64,000 nt of DNA from Eledone cirrhosa (taxonomy: Eukaryota): contig OZ024750.1 in NCBI GenBank assembly GCA_964016885.1, positions 40,796,001-40,860,000 on the forward strand, in the 5' to 3' direction. The notes beneath the pieces are model-generated. The model was not told the origin of the DNA. It did not search any database and saw only the letters and a program-made list of their open reading frames with translations. Positions within the stretch are counted from its first letter, which is position 1; the number at the start of each line of letters is the position of its first letter. Positions 46,723 through 61,308 of the stretch are shown here, piece after piece. The position numbers and the translations under genes are program-made.

Positions 46723-46936
46723 CTGTTACCTGGTTTAACTCTATCTGATCCTTGGTAGCATTTAGTACCTTGTACATCTTGCTGCAAGATTTCAGAACAG
46801 GTCTTCAGTTTGATGATATATTTCTCCTGATCTTCAACCAGTCTTGGAGGTCCTTCACCTAAGTTTGAGACCCTTCAAATAATATTGTGAGTGCTAATCT
46901 TCAGTTTCCTGAATAAACCTTAAAAATATCACAATA

Positions 46937-46938
<2 letters not shown>

Positions 46939-46977
<39 letters not shown>

Positions 46978-47285
46978 TTCATTTTACGTCCGCTTTTCCC
47001 TGCTTGCAAGGGTGGGACGGGAACTGATTCTGGCTTGATTTCTACAGCTGGATGCCCTTCCTAACACCAACCTCATTTACAGTGAGTGCTGGGTGCTTTT
47101 TTGCCGTGGCACCTCCACGACCACTTTACAGTGGAATGATAGGGACCCCAGTCCCTATCATCTCATTTCTACAGCTGAGTAAACTGGAGCAATGTGAAAT
47201 AAAGTGTCTTGCTCAAGGAAACAACACATCACCTGGTCTGAGAATTGAACTCACAACCTTTCGATTGCAAAGCCATGTGCCTCCA
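46939..47285 (-). mobile_element. Family A SINE with the A box deleted
   Basis: gcaaagcc|atgtgcctcc lacks the caatgctctaaccactaagcc segment seen in other copies. Confidence 0.88.
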
Positions 47286-47334
47286 ATATTAGTAAAATAA
47301 TTTACTCAGTAAAATAAAATTATGCTACTGAGCA

Positions 47335-47545
47335 TTCATATAATTTCTGATTGACAAGGGACCTTGTCAGAAGTGGGTCGTAATTTCTGATAGGCAAGGG
47401 CCCCTAAATATATACTGTAATATATATATATATATATATGGGGCCATAATTTTTCATAGATATGGGACCCTGTCATATACTGTAATATATATATGGGGTC
47501 ATAATTTCTGATTAATAAGGGACTCTATCACATGCTATAATATAT
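47335..47545. repeat. Degenerate tandem repeat (about 4 copies of ataatttctgat...agggacc..gtca)
   Basis: Motif recurs at about 47340, 47381, 47446 and 47501. Confidence 0.6.
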
Positions 47546-47739
47546 AAAGCCATTTCAAACCAAAGATTGGCATTTTGGAAGTATGAAGACATGTATATAT
47601 CTACATTGGTTGTATGAGAGAGGACTGTGCTGTGATAGACATTTTTATTGGGGGTTGGTTGTGTGTAAGAGAAATAGAGGGTTAGTTGTATGTGAGAGGA
47701 CTGTGTTGAGATTGGGGGTTGGTTATGTGTAAGAGAGAG

Positions 47740-47875
47740 GGGCAGTGCTGGGATGGACATTTTTATGCATATTGACACTGAGATAAAAAAAAGAGGTGCC
47801 AGAAGTTGTAAGTGGAAGGGAACCATGGAAGTGGAAGACCAAGGAAGTGATAAAAGCTATTCTCAAGATGCTGTT
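47740..47875 (+). pseudogene. Decayed RTE ORF C-terminus
   Basis: Manual translation WDGH..MHID..KRCQKL*VEGNHGSGRPRK* versus WYGHVMRMKD..KRCRALEVDGNRGVGRPKMTW in the 62007-63248 ORF. Confidence 0.65.
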
Positions 47876-49227
47876 AAAATTTTAAACACATGTGGCAAGA
47901 TGGTATTTTGGAGAAAATCCAACCAAACCATGGAACTATGGAACAGAGGATGTTAAAATGTTGAACACATGTGGCAAGATGGTATTTTTGAGAAAATCCA
48001 ACCAAACCATGGAATTATGGAACAGAGGATGTTAACATTTTGAACACATGTGGCAAGATGGTATTTTGGAGAAAATCCAACCAAACCATGGAATTATGAA
48101 ACAGAGGATGTTAAAATTCTGAACACATGTGGCAAGATGGTATTTTGGAGAAAATCCAGCCAAACCATGGAGTTATGGAACAGAGGATGTTAAAATGTTG
48201 AACACATGTGGCAAGATGGTATTTTGGAGAAAATCCAACCAAACCATGGAATTATGGAACAGAGGATGTTAAAATTTTAAACACATGTGGCAAGATGGTA
48301 TTTTGGAGAAAATCCAACCAAACCATGGAATTATGGAACAGAGGATGTTAAAATTTTAAACACATGTGGCAAGATGGTATTTTGGAGAAAATCCAACCAA
48401 ACCATGGAATTATGGAACATAGGATGTTAAAATTTTAAACACATGTGGCAAGATGGTATTTTGGAGAAAATCCAACCAAACCATGGAATTATGAACAGAG
48501 GATGTTAAAATTTTAAACACATGTGGCAAGATGGCATTTTGGAGAAAATCCAACCAAACCATGGAATTATGGAACATAGGATGTTAAAATTTTAAACACA
48601 TGTGGCAAGATGGTATTTTGGAGAAAATCCAACCAAACCATGGAATTATGAACAGAGGATATTAAAATTTTAAACGCATGTGGCAAGATGGCATTTTGGA
48701 GAAAATCCAACCAAACCATGGAATTATGGAACAGAGGATGTTAAAATTTTGAACACATGTGGCAAGATGGTATTTTGGAGAAAATCCAACCAAATCATGG
48801 AATTATGGAAGAGAGGATGTTAACATTCTGAACACATGTGGCAAGATGGTATTTTGGAGAAAATCCAACCAAACCATGGAATTATGGAACATAAGATGTT
48901 AAAATGTTGAACACATGTGGCAAGATGGTATTTTGGAGAAAATCCAACCAAACCATGGAATTATGGAACATAAGATGTTAAAATTCTGAACACATGTGGC
49001 AAGATGGTATTTTTGAGAAAATCCAACCAAACCATGGAATTATGGAACAGAGGATGTTAAAATTCTGAACACATGTGGCAAGATGGTATTTTTGAGAAAA
49101 TCCAACCAAACCATGGAATTATGGAACAGAGGATGTTAAAATTCTGAACACATGTGGCAAGATGGTATTTTGGAGAGAATCCAACCAAACCATGGAATTA
49201 TGGAACAGAAGATGGTAAAATTCTGAT
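47866..49227. repeat. 79-bp minisatellite, about 17 units
   Basis: Period seen at 48241/48320. Confidence 0.96.
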
Positions 49228-49756
49228 GCTAGTGATAACATCTGTCAAGACATTACAGAAGTGGTAGAATTAACTGGAAGAAAGCAGAGTAGCTGGAGAG
49301 AAAGAGGAGGGGGAAATAATGTAGAAGAAGTTGATAGAATTTGCGAGTTGAACGAAGAATAGGTTTTCTTAATCTAAATATTTCAATATCTATATGTATT
49401 ATAACTGTAGAGAAGATGCCTGCAACATTTAATGTTTTGTTGGTAGCTGTTAATTATTTTTGCACTTGACTGTTGTCATGATATTCTGGTAGGTTCTTGT
49501 TTTGGTATTTGGATTCTTTGACAACATTGATACTCCCACACACATAAACACACACACACACACACACACATACATACATAGATACACGCATACATACACA
49601 CATATACACACATACACACACATACATACATACACACACATACATACACACACACACACATACATACACACATATATACATACACACATATATACATACA
49701 CACATATATACATACACACATATATACATATACACATACAAACATATATACATACA

Positions 49757-49990
49757 CATGGTGGCTGCCAACTCGTTTTCGAGTACGGCCACTACTTTAT
49801 ATCCATGTAGGAGAACCCCTACCGATGCGCTGAACGAGTGTGACTTTTTAGTCCAGCCAGCGACTTGAAAACTCTGGTACAAACACTGCACTTGTGACAA
49901 TTATTGACACATAGCGCTGGGCCCATGGTACCATGTGACGACAAGTGCAGAGAGATCTCCAGATATAAAGCAATGCCTGTGCCGTGAAGC
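49757..49990 (-). mobile_element. 3' fragment of the non-autonomous RTE derivative with a (TATG)n tail
   Basis: Matches 34490-34722 and encodes [25 protein letters not shown]. Confidence 0.8.
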
Positions 49991-50172
49991 ATACATACAC
50001 ACACATACATACATACATACATACACACACATACATACACACATATATACATATACACATACACACATATACATACACATATATACATATACATACATAC
50101 ATATATACATATATACATACACATACATACATATATTACATGTTAGTATATGTATATATATGTATATATATG

Positions 50173-50241
<69 letters not shown>

Positions 50242-50296
50242 GCAAATATAAATATATGTATGTGTATTTATATATATACATATATATATGCATATA

Positions 50297-50327
<31 letters not shown>

Positions 50328-51194
50328 GTGTGTATATATATATATGTGTGTGCATATAAACATGTTTATGTTCCTTTATGGTGTTATATGGAAAAGTGAC
50401 ATATTTATTCCTGAGACTGTTACTGACTAAAAATAGAAAATATCTGCATGTGGATTTACATGTTGGCACAGTGTGTTTGTGTGTGTTTACACCTCTGTGC
50501 TGTGTGTGTGTATTTACATGTTTGCACAGTGTGTATGTGTGTGTGTGTGTGTGTGTGTGTTTACACCTCTGTGCTGTGTGTGTGTTTACACCTCTGTGCT
50601 GTGTGTGTGTGTGTATTGAAAGTTTAACATTCCATCGTGTTTACATGGATACACCTCTGCTAAGCACACACATATATATATATACACACACACACATATA
50701 TATATACACACACACACACACATATATATATACACACACACACATATACACCCATATACACACACACACACACATACACACATATACACTCATATACACA
50801 CACATACACACATACACACACACATACACACATACACATACACACACATACACACACACACACATACACATACATACACACATATACACACACACAGATA
50901 TGGACACAAACATACACACACACGCATACACATATACACACACATACACATACACACACACAATATATATATATATATATGCACACACATATATACACAC
51001 ACACACACATACACACACACACACACACACACATACACACACTACCCCAAACAGAGTTGACAGTAAACAACCAACTCTTACTTTCCATGAAAGTCTCTAC
51101 TTATTGGTCTCACAGCTAACAACTATTTACTGACTTTACTAAACAACAGTCATAGTCAACGGTAGTTACTGGTATTACAGCTAATATCTATCAA

Positions 51195-54100
51195 CTAACC
51201 ACTGTACTAACATCTATCTATTAACCACTGTACTAAGATATCCCTACTAACCACTGTACTAATATCTCCCTACTAACCACTGTACTAAGATCTGCCTACT
51301 AACCACTGTACTAACATCTGCCTACTAACCACTGTATTAAGATCTGCCTACTAACCACTGTACTAAGATATATCTACTAACCACTGTACTAAGATCTCCC
51401 TACTAACCACTATACTAAGATATATCTACTAACCACTGTACTAAGGTCTCCCTACTAACCACTGTACTAAGATCTCCCTACTAACCACTGTACTAACATC
51501 TATCTATTAACCACTGTACTAAGATATATCTACTAACCACTGTACTAAGGTCTCCCTACTAACCACTGTACTAAGATATATCTACTAACCACTGTACTAA
51601 GGTCTCCCTACTAACCACTGTACTAAGATCTCCCTACTAACCACTATACTAAGATATATCTACTAACCACTGTACTAAGGTCTCCCTACTAACCACTGTA
51701 CTAAGATCTCCCTACTAACCACTATACTAAGATATATCTACTAACCACTGTACTAAGGTCTCCCTACTAACCACTGTACTAAGATCTCCCTACTAACCAC
51801 TATACTAAGATATATCTACTAACCACTGTACTAAGGTCTCCCTACTAACCACTGTACTAAGGTCTCCCCACTAACCACTGTACTAAGGTCTCCCTACTAA
51901 CCACTGTACTAAGGTCTCCCTACTAACCACTGTACTAACATCTCGCTACTAACCACTGTACTAAGGTCTCCCTACTAACCACTGTACTAAGATCTCCCTA
52001 CTAACCACTGTACTAAGATCTCGCTACTAACCACTGTACTAAGATCTCCCTACTAACCACTGTACTAAGGTCTCCCTACTAACCACTGTACTAACATCTC
52101 GCTACTAACCACTGTACTAAGATCTCCCTACTAACCACTGTACTAAGGTCTCCCTACTAACCACTGTACTAAGGTCTCCCTACTAACCACTATACTAAGA
52201 TATATCTACTAACCACTGTACTAAGGTCTCCCTACTAACCACTGTACTAAGGTCTCCCTACTAACCACTGTACTAAGGTCTCCCTACTAACCACTATACT
52301 AAGATATATCTACTAACCACTGTACTAAGATCTCCCTACTAACCACTGTACTAAGGTCTCCCTACTAACCACTGTACTAAGATATATCTACTAACCACTG
52401 TACTAAGGTCTCCCTACTAACCACTGTACTAAGGTCTCCCCACTAACCACTGTACTAAGGTCTCCCTACTAACCACTGTACTAAGGTCTCCCTACTAACC
52501 ACTATACTAAGATATATCTACTAACCACTGTACTAAGGTCTCCCTACTAACCACTGTACTAAGGTCTCCCTACTAACCACTGTACTAAGGTCTCCCTACT
52601 AACCACTATACTAAGATATATCTACTAACCACTGTACTAAGGTCTCCCTACTAACCACTGTACTAAGGTCTCCCCACTAACCACTGTACTAAGGTCTCCC
52701 TACTAACCACTGTACTAAGGTCTCCCTACTAACCACTGTACTAAGGTCTCCCTACTAACCACTGTACTAAGATCTCCCTACTAACCACTATACTAAGATA
52801 TATCTACTAACCACTGTACTAAGGTCTCCCTACTAACCACTGTACTAAGGTCTCCCTACTAACCACTGTACTAAGGTCTCCCTACTAACCACTGTACTAA
52901 GGTCTCCCTACTAACCACTGTACTAAGGTCTCCCTACTAACCACTGTACTAAGGTCTCCCCACTAACCACTGTACTAAGGTCTCCCCACTAACCACTGTA
53001 CTAAGGTCTCCCCACTAACCACTGTACTAAGGTCTCCCCACTAACCACTGTACTAAGGTCTCCCTACTAACCACTGTACTAAGGTCTCCCTACTAACCAC
53101 TGTACTAACATCTCGCTACTAACCACTGTACTAAGGTCTCCCTACTAACCACTGTACTAAGATCTCCCTACTAACCACTGTACTAAGATCTCGCTACTAA
53201 CCACTGTACTAAGATCTCCCTACTAACCACTGTACTAAGGTCTCCCTACTAACCACTGTACTAAGGTCTCCCTACTAACCACTGTACTAAGGTCTCCCTA
53301 CTAACCACTGTACTAAGGTCTCCCTACTAACCACTGTACTAAGGTCTCCCCACTAACCACTGTACTAAGGTCTCCCCACTAACCACTGTACTAAGGTCTC
53401 CCCACTAACCACTGTACTAAGGTCTCCCCACTAACCACTGTACTAAGGTCTCCCTACTAACCACTGTACTAAGATCTCCCTACTAACCACTGTACTAAGG
53501 TCTCCCTACTAACCACTGTACTAAGGTCTCCCCACTAACCACTGTACTAAGGTCTCCCTACTAACCACTGTACTAAGGTCTCCCCACTAACCACTGTACT
53601 AAGGTCTCCCCACTAACCACTGTACTAAGGTCTCCCTACTAACCACTGTACTAAGATCTCCCTACTAACCACTGTACTAAGGTCTCCCTACTAACCACTG
53701 TACTAAGGTCTCCCTACTAACCACTGTACTAAGGTCTCCCTACTAACCACTGTACTAAGATCTCCCTACTAACCACTGTACTAAGGTCTCCCTACTAACC
53801 ACTGTACTAAGGTCTCCCTACTAACCACTGTACTAAGGTCTCCCTACTAACCACTGTACTAAGGTCTCCCTACTAACCACTGTACTAAGGTCTCCCTACT
53901 AACCACTGTACTAAGGTCTCCCTACTAACCACTGTACTAAGATCTCCCTACTAACCACTGTACTAAGGTCTCCCTACTAACCACTGTACTAAGGTCTCCC
54001 TACTAACCACTGTACTAAGGTCTCCCTACTAACCACTGTACTAAGGTCTCCCTACTAACCACTGTACTAAGGTCTCCCTACTAACCACTGTACTAAGGTC

Positions 54101-54830
54101 TCCCTACTAACCACTGTACTAAGGTCTCCCTACTAACCACTGTACTAAGGTCTCCCCACTAACCACTGTACTAAGGTCTCCCCACTAACCACTGTACTAA
54201 GGTCTCCCCACTAACCACTGTACTAAGGTCTCCCTACTAACCACTGTACTAAGGTCTCCCTACTAACCACTGTACTAAGGTCTCCCCACTAACCACTGTA
54301 CTAAGATCTCGCTACTAACCACTGTACTAAGGTCTCCCTACTAACCACTGTACTAAGGTCTCCCCACTAACCACTGTACTAAGATCTCCCTACTAACCAC
54401 TGTACTAAGGTCTCCCTACTAACCACTGTACTAAGGTCTCCCCACTAACCACTGTACTAAGGTCTCCCTACTAACCACTGTACTAAGGTCTCCCTACTAA
54501 CCACTGTACTAAGGTCTCCCTACTAACCACTGTACTAAGGTCTCCCTACTAACCACTGTACTAAGGTCTCCCTACTAACCACTGTACTAAGATCTCCCCA
54601 CTAACCACTGTACTAAGGTCTCCCTACTAACCACTGTACTAAGGTCTCCCTACTAACCACTGTACTAAGGTCTCCCTACTAACCACTGTACTAAGATCTC
54701 CCCACTAACCACTGTACTAAGGTCTCCCTACTAACCACTGTACTAAGATCTCCCCACTAACCACTGTACTAAGGTCTCCCTATTAACCACTGTACTAAGG
54801 TCTCCCTACTAACCACTGTACTAAGATCTG
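51195..54830. repeat. 26-bp minisatellite TACTAACCACTGTACTAAGGTCTCCC, about 140 units
   Basis: Period seen at 53701/53727. Local 78-bp trimer higher-order pattern at 51575-51810. Confidence 0.97.
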
Positions 54831-55360
54831 TCTCTTCACTACTTTACTAGCTTTACTCAGATGTACCTACTAACTTAACAACAATCACAATCAGACAGCC
54901 AGTACTTACTGCTGTAACAGCTAATATCTATCTACTCACCACTTTACTAACTTTACTAAAATCTACCTACCTATATATATTTTTATTTTCTAATTATTTT
55001 CTTATTTTGTTTCTCAAGAGGCATTGCATCCTTTTATGAACATTGTACGCAATTTTATTCCATCTTCTTCAATGTGGCCTGACTCTGTGATAATCAATTG
55101 TGATGCTGAAACAATTGTAAAGCATTCAATGAGATAAGATCTTTATTCCGCCATTTTCTTTAGTTAGATATCTTCTCTGTTTACATCTCTATATAATATT
55201 TGAAGAATATATCTCATCTTCCACCAGTAACAAAGACATTGAGCTTTGTATAAAACTATTTGGTAATATACTCTCCTTCTATATAACTCTTTACATACAA
55301 ATCGTTATATTTTTATTATTTTTACCCTTACTATGTATGTATGTATGTATGTATGTATGT

Positions 55361-58300
55361 TTTCTCTTTCTCTTAATTTTGAGTATATTTTTTTGACCGG
55401 CCACCTTCCTGGTGGCAAGGTTGTAAAAGAAAAGAAATTGTCATCCCTTGAATCGCAAGAATGTTTTGCAAATTTTGAAGGTGCCAGCTATCGCAGCCAT
55501 TTGTAGACTATGAATTAGGGAGCTGCGCTTTTTGTCCGCAAATCCAAGTTCAGTCATACTTTGGTCCAAGCGGGTTGGTATATAACCCGTAGCACCAATA
55601 ATGATGGGTATGAAGCTAAAGGTGTATCTTGGATACTGGATTTGTAAACTCCTCATCAATGGTCCGTAGATGTCCTCCTTCTCCTGTATTTTTCTGACAA
55701 CGTTTACATCAAGTGGGCAGCTGATCTCCACAACAGAACACGTTTTCAATGTGTGGTCCCAAACTACAATATCAGGCCGGTTGTGCTTTAATTTGGTGGC
55801 AGTTTTTATTTTCAGGTTCCACCAGTATTCCTTAGTGCCATCTGTCTCAATATATTCTTCCTCGTTTGTTGTTGATTTTGTTTTCCGAAGTGCGTTCCAG
55901 ATGGTTCTAGCTATCCCATCGTGTCTCATGGGGAGGTAGTAGCGAGATGACATTCTTTCGCAGCTGGCAACAATGTGGCTTACATCCTTGATCTTTGTTT
56001 TACATAGCCTACATTTATTGTCAGCTGCTGGCCCTCCTCTATTGTGCAGCAGATATTTGGTAGGGAGTTCTTGTTCCTGTATTGCATAGAGATATCCCTC
56101 AAGGTGTGATGTCATAAACTTGTCGGAACTCCATGCCAGGCTTTTTGAGTGGTTTATCCCCTCTATGGTCTGTGTTTTACGCCTCAAGTATCCATGCACA
56201 ACTTTTTCTGTAAATTGGTCAATTTTTTTTCTTGTTTGAACATTGAATAGGATCTTCCGATTTCTCTGGGTGAGAGATTTATATCGGGCTTTATTCCATA
56301 TCTCTCCTCCAGATCAGTCGCTATTCTAATGATATATCTTTTTTCATGGTCATAAACCTGGGCAAGATGGTTGCCAACCTTTTTCCTCTGTTGAAGGTGT
56401 TGCTTCAGTGTCACTATCCGGGTCTCATATGTTGTTAATATTGATTTTAGACCCCGGCCACCTTCCTTGCGTGAGAAGTATAGCCTATCCACATCACCAT
56501 TGATGTTAAAGTTCCCAGTAACACTGAGAAGTTTTCGAGTTCTAACATCCATCTCACTTAGTTCTTGCAATGACCAGTTCAGTAGGCCAAATGTTGGCGT
56601 TAGAATTGGCACAGCATAAGTATTGTGGGCAATGTATTTGTTGTATGCTGACAGTTCTGATGACCATATTTTCTTTACTCTTCTGAGGTATTCAGTTCTG
56701 GTTCTCTCCTTATTTATGGGTCCATCATATCTGACATTCTCATCCTGTCCAAGATATCTGTAGTTGTCACCTGACTGCAGAGGTTGTATTGTCAGGCCGT
56801 TCATCTCTAGATTTCTAGAGGAGGGCACAGCTCTTCCACGTTTTACTGCCAAATATGCACACTTGGACTCACCAAATTTCATTTTGATGTCGGTTGAAAA
56901 TTGTGTAATGAGGTCCAATTGTTTCTTGATGTCATTGATATTTGGCCCATACAACTTCAGGTCATCAACAAAGAAAAGATGGGAGATACTTCTGGTCCCA
57001 CTTCTTTGTCGACCTTGTTTCCTGAGTAGGTAAGATAGTGGATTCAGTGAGAGAACAAAGAGTAGCACTGACAAGCTGTCACCCTGAAAGATGCCCTTCT
57101 GGTAATGTATCTTATCAGTCTTAACCTGCTCCTTCTCACCTCTAAGGATCAAACTGGTGTACCAGTTCTTGGTCAGGCGTTCAACAGCAGCTACCAATGG
57201 TTGTGGGACTTTAGCTAACTGTAAAGCCTTAACAATCCACCCATGAGGTACACTATCAAATGCTTTTTGATAGTCCAGCCACACGACAGTCATGTTTCTG
57301 CGATTCTTTGTTGTTTTTTCCTGAATCATTTTGTTAGTTAGTAGGTGATCTATGCAACCCCACACCTCCCTCTTTCCACCAGCTTGCTCAGGTGTTATGA
57401 TGTTGTTGGTAGCACAGTGATCCTGTAAGAACAGGTTAAGGCACCCAGTATATAATTTATACATGATGTTTTGGCAGGCAATTGGGCGGTAATTTTTAGC
57501 AAGGGTGGTTTGGCTATTTTTGGGAATGAGGAGAGTAGAGGCAGTTGATAACCATCTGGGCAGTTCTTGTGTGCCCTTAATGGTTTCTGTAAACAGCCGT
57601 ATGAGATCTTGCCGATAGAAAGTGAAATTCTTCAACCAGTATCCTGTAATGAGGTCTGGGCCTGGCGATTTCCTATTCGACATTTTCTGTAGAGCTGTTT
57701 CCAGTATTGACCCATCTATGTCATATTGTTTTGTCTGGACATGTTGGCAGTAGTCCTGTTCCAGTTCTTTTAGCCAATTAGCTTGTCTGTTGAATCCGTC
57801 ATCCGTTTCCCATACAGATCTCCAGTAGCTCTCAACCTGTTCTTTTGAAGGGGTGTCATTTACAGAGATTGAGCTTTTGCCACCGAAGCTGCGATAAACT
57901 GATTTAGGATCTCTGGCAAACAATCTATTTAGCACTTGTCGTTTATGTGCTGTTGACTTATATTTTAGTCTTTCTGTTGTAGCTGTGAGTTGTTGTTTCA
58001 ACTGGTGTAATTTGGAGTTCAAAGTTTTAAATTTTGTATCTCCAAATCTTCTCTCTAACTTTTTCTTTAGGTCTTCCTGGTGTTGTGTGAAGTTGCTCTC
58101 TATGTTGCATTTCATAACGACTGCGATGTGTGAGATACTTCGTCTCAGGGACAAAATTTTGGTTTTTAAATTTCGCATCCACGCTGGTTCAGGCTTTCTG
58201 TTTGTATCTTGATTGCGTGGTTTTAGATGTGTGTTATATGATAGCAATGTGACAGCTGAAACATATAACAAAACATTGAGCGTTTCAAATGTCGTTTCTA

Positions 58301-59360
58301 CACCTTTAGATCGTATAGCCTTCAGATAATTGCCAGCTATTTCGTTCACCGCTTCCAATTCCAATTTAGTGGGTTCTTTACTGACTCTAGTGTTGTATGG
58401 TCTGTCACTCACATTAAGGCTGTGTATCTCTTGAAACATATCATTCCATATCACTTGTAGGGTGCCCACAAGTTTTTGGTGCTCTGTTTGTTCAGTAGAG
58501 TCATGAATTTCAGCCTCGTTGTTGATGTGGTGACAATTACTACTAGAGTCAGCTGACCTTTCTCGCTGTTCTTCAGTGGAAGTGGGATGAATTTCAGCAA
58601 AATTGTTGGTGAGCTGTTCACTGTTAGATTTAGTTGGCCATTCTCTTTGTCTGTCAGTGGAGGTGGGGTGGTTGTCTACAAGGGCTGTATTTGTAGTATC
58701 ACTCGATTCCGTTAGATGTATCAATTTACATCTAATGATACGTTTTGCCTGTTCATTTAAATGCTTTGGAGAAAAGTCTAATTCTGGGTGTTTGGAGTTC
58801 CATAAAGTTTTTAGCTTTTGCATAAAACCGAACTTTTGGGGTTCAGATTGTTTGTATGCTTCATATAATACTTTGTTAAGCTCGTAGGTCCACTGTGTAC
58901 AACGGTTGTAATTGCGATTTGGTCGAAGGAGACTTGTACTTTTTGCCATGATGAGTTCGTCTATTCACTAATATTTCGTATTTATTTTTCAAAATAGTCG
59001 ATGATCTTCTTTAAAAGTTACGACAAAGTTCTGTCAGAATCAAATTTAAAGTTATTCACAGCTTGAGTAATATTTCTTTTCAGTTAGTTTTTAATTCTAC
59101 AGCTGTGTTTTATATAAATGTAATATTTCTTTATAAATGTAATATAACAACGTTGCATTTATATGTTAAAGTGTATGTATCGTTCATATAAATAGGTGTT
59201 TTACAACACACTTACAGTTCAAACACTTATGTAGAATTATTGTATGTAATCTTACCGCGTAATGTAGCTCAACTTTTTCCAATATATGGTATGTTGCCTT
59301 CATATAAGCCGTAATTACACACGTCCGATTATCGGACACTGACCACAACGGTCGCCATTT

Positions 59361-59362
<2 letters not shown>
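55361..59362 (-). mobile_element. Near full-length R4/Dong-clade non-LTR retrotransposon (RLE type), about 4.0 kb, flanked on both sides by (TATG)n
   Basis: 5'UTR of about 410 nt, a single long ORF, a short 3'UTR with a gccacc/ggtggc hairpin. (TATG)n at 55333-55360 and 59364-59437. Confidence 0.92.
55441..58949 (-). CDS. Myb-like + RT + CCHC + restriction-like endonuclease polyprotein (about 1169 aa if joined), split by one frameshift at 56223-56230
   Basis: WTYELNKVLYEAY..W...HP (Myb-like), KSPGPD, NYRPI, WLDYQKAFDSV, GIFQGDSLS, FVDD, YLG. After the shift: HGY, QEQ, CRLC..H...C, RHD, RPDIVVWD..VEISCP..K. Confidence 0.9.
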
Positions 59363-59394
<32 letters not shown>

Positions 59395-59408
59395 TGTATG
59401 TATGTATG

Positions 59409-59436
<28 letters not shown>

Positions 59437-59440
<4 letters not shown>

Positions 59441-59780
59441 ACTCTGATGGTATCCAATGATGTTGACTTGTTCTTCTTTTTGGTAAATATCATCTTGGTT
59501 AAGAGAGTGAGACTGGCTTTGTGCAGTGCCTTTGCTCACTATAAAAGCTTCACGGCACAGGCATTGCTATATATCTGGAGTTCTCTCTGTACTTGTCGTC
59601 ACATGGTACCATGGGCCCAGCACTATGTGTCAATAATTGTCACAAGTGTAGTGTTTGTACCAGAGTTTTCAAGTCGCTGGCTGGACTAAAAAGTCACACT
59701 TGTTCAGCGCATCGGTAGGGGTTCTCCTACATGGATATAAAGTAGTGGCTGTACTCGAAAACGAGTTGGCAACCACCATG
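59437..59780 (+). mobile_element. Copy of the non-autonomous RTE derivative (5'-truncated, 20-bp deletion between ctgat repeats) with a (TATG)n tail
   Basis: Reverse-complement match to 34490-34851. Confidence 0.82.

Positions 59781-61305
<1,525 letters not shown>

Positions 61306-61308
<3 letters not shown>

Noticed and set aside
46730-46860. Possible 129-nt minus-strand exon (EGPPRLVEDQEKYIIKLKTCSEILQQ...)
   Set aside because: The donor cag|gtaac is good, but the acceptor is poor and there is no recognisable homology. It needs RNA-seq.
49819-49900. Host C2H2 zinc-finger gene
   Set aside because: A single finger repeated in four copies of a non-autonomous RTE derivative. It is the remnant LINE C-terminus.
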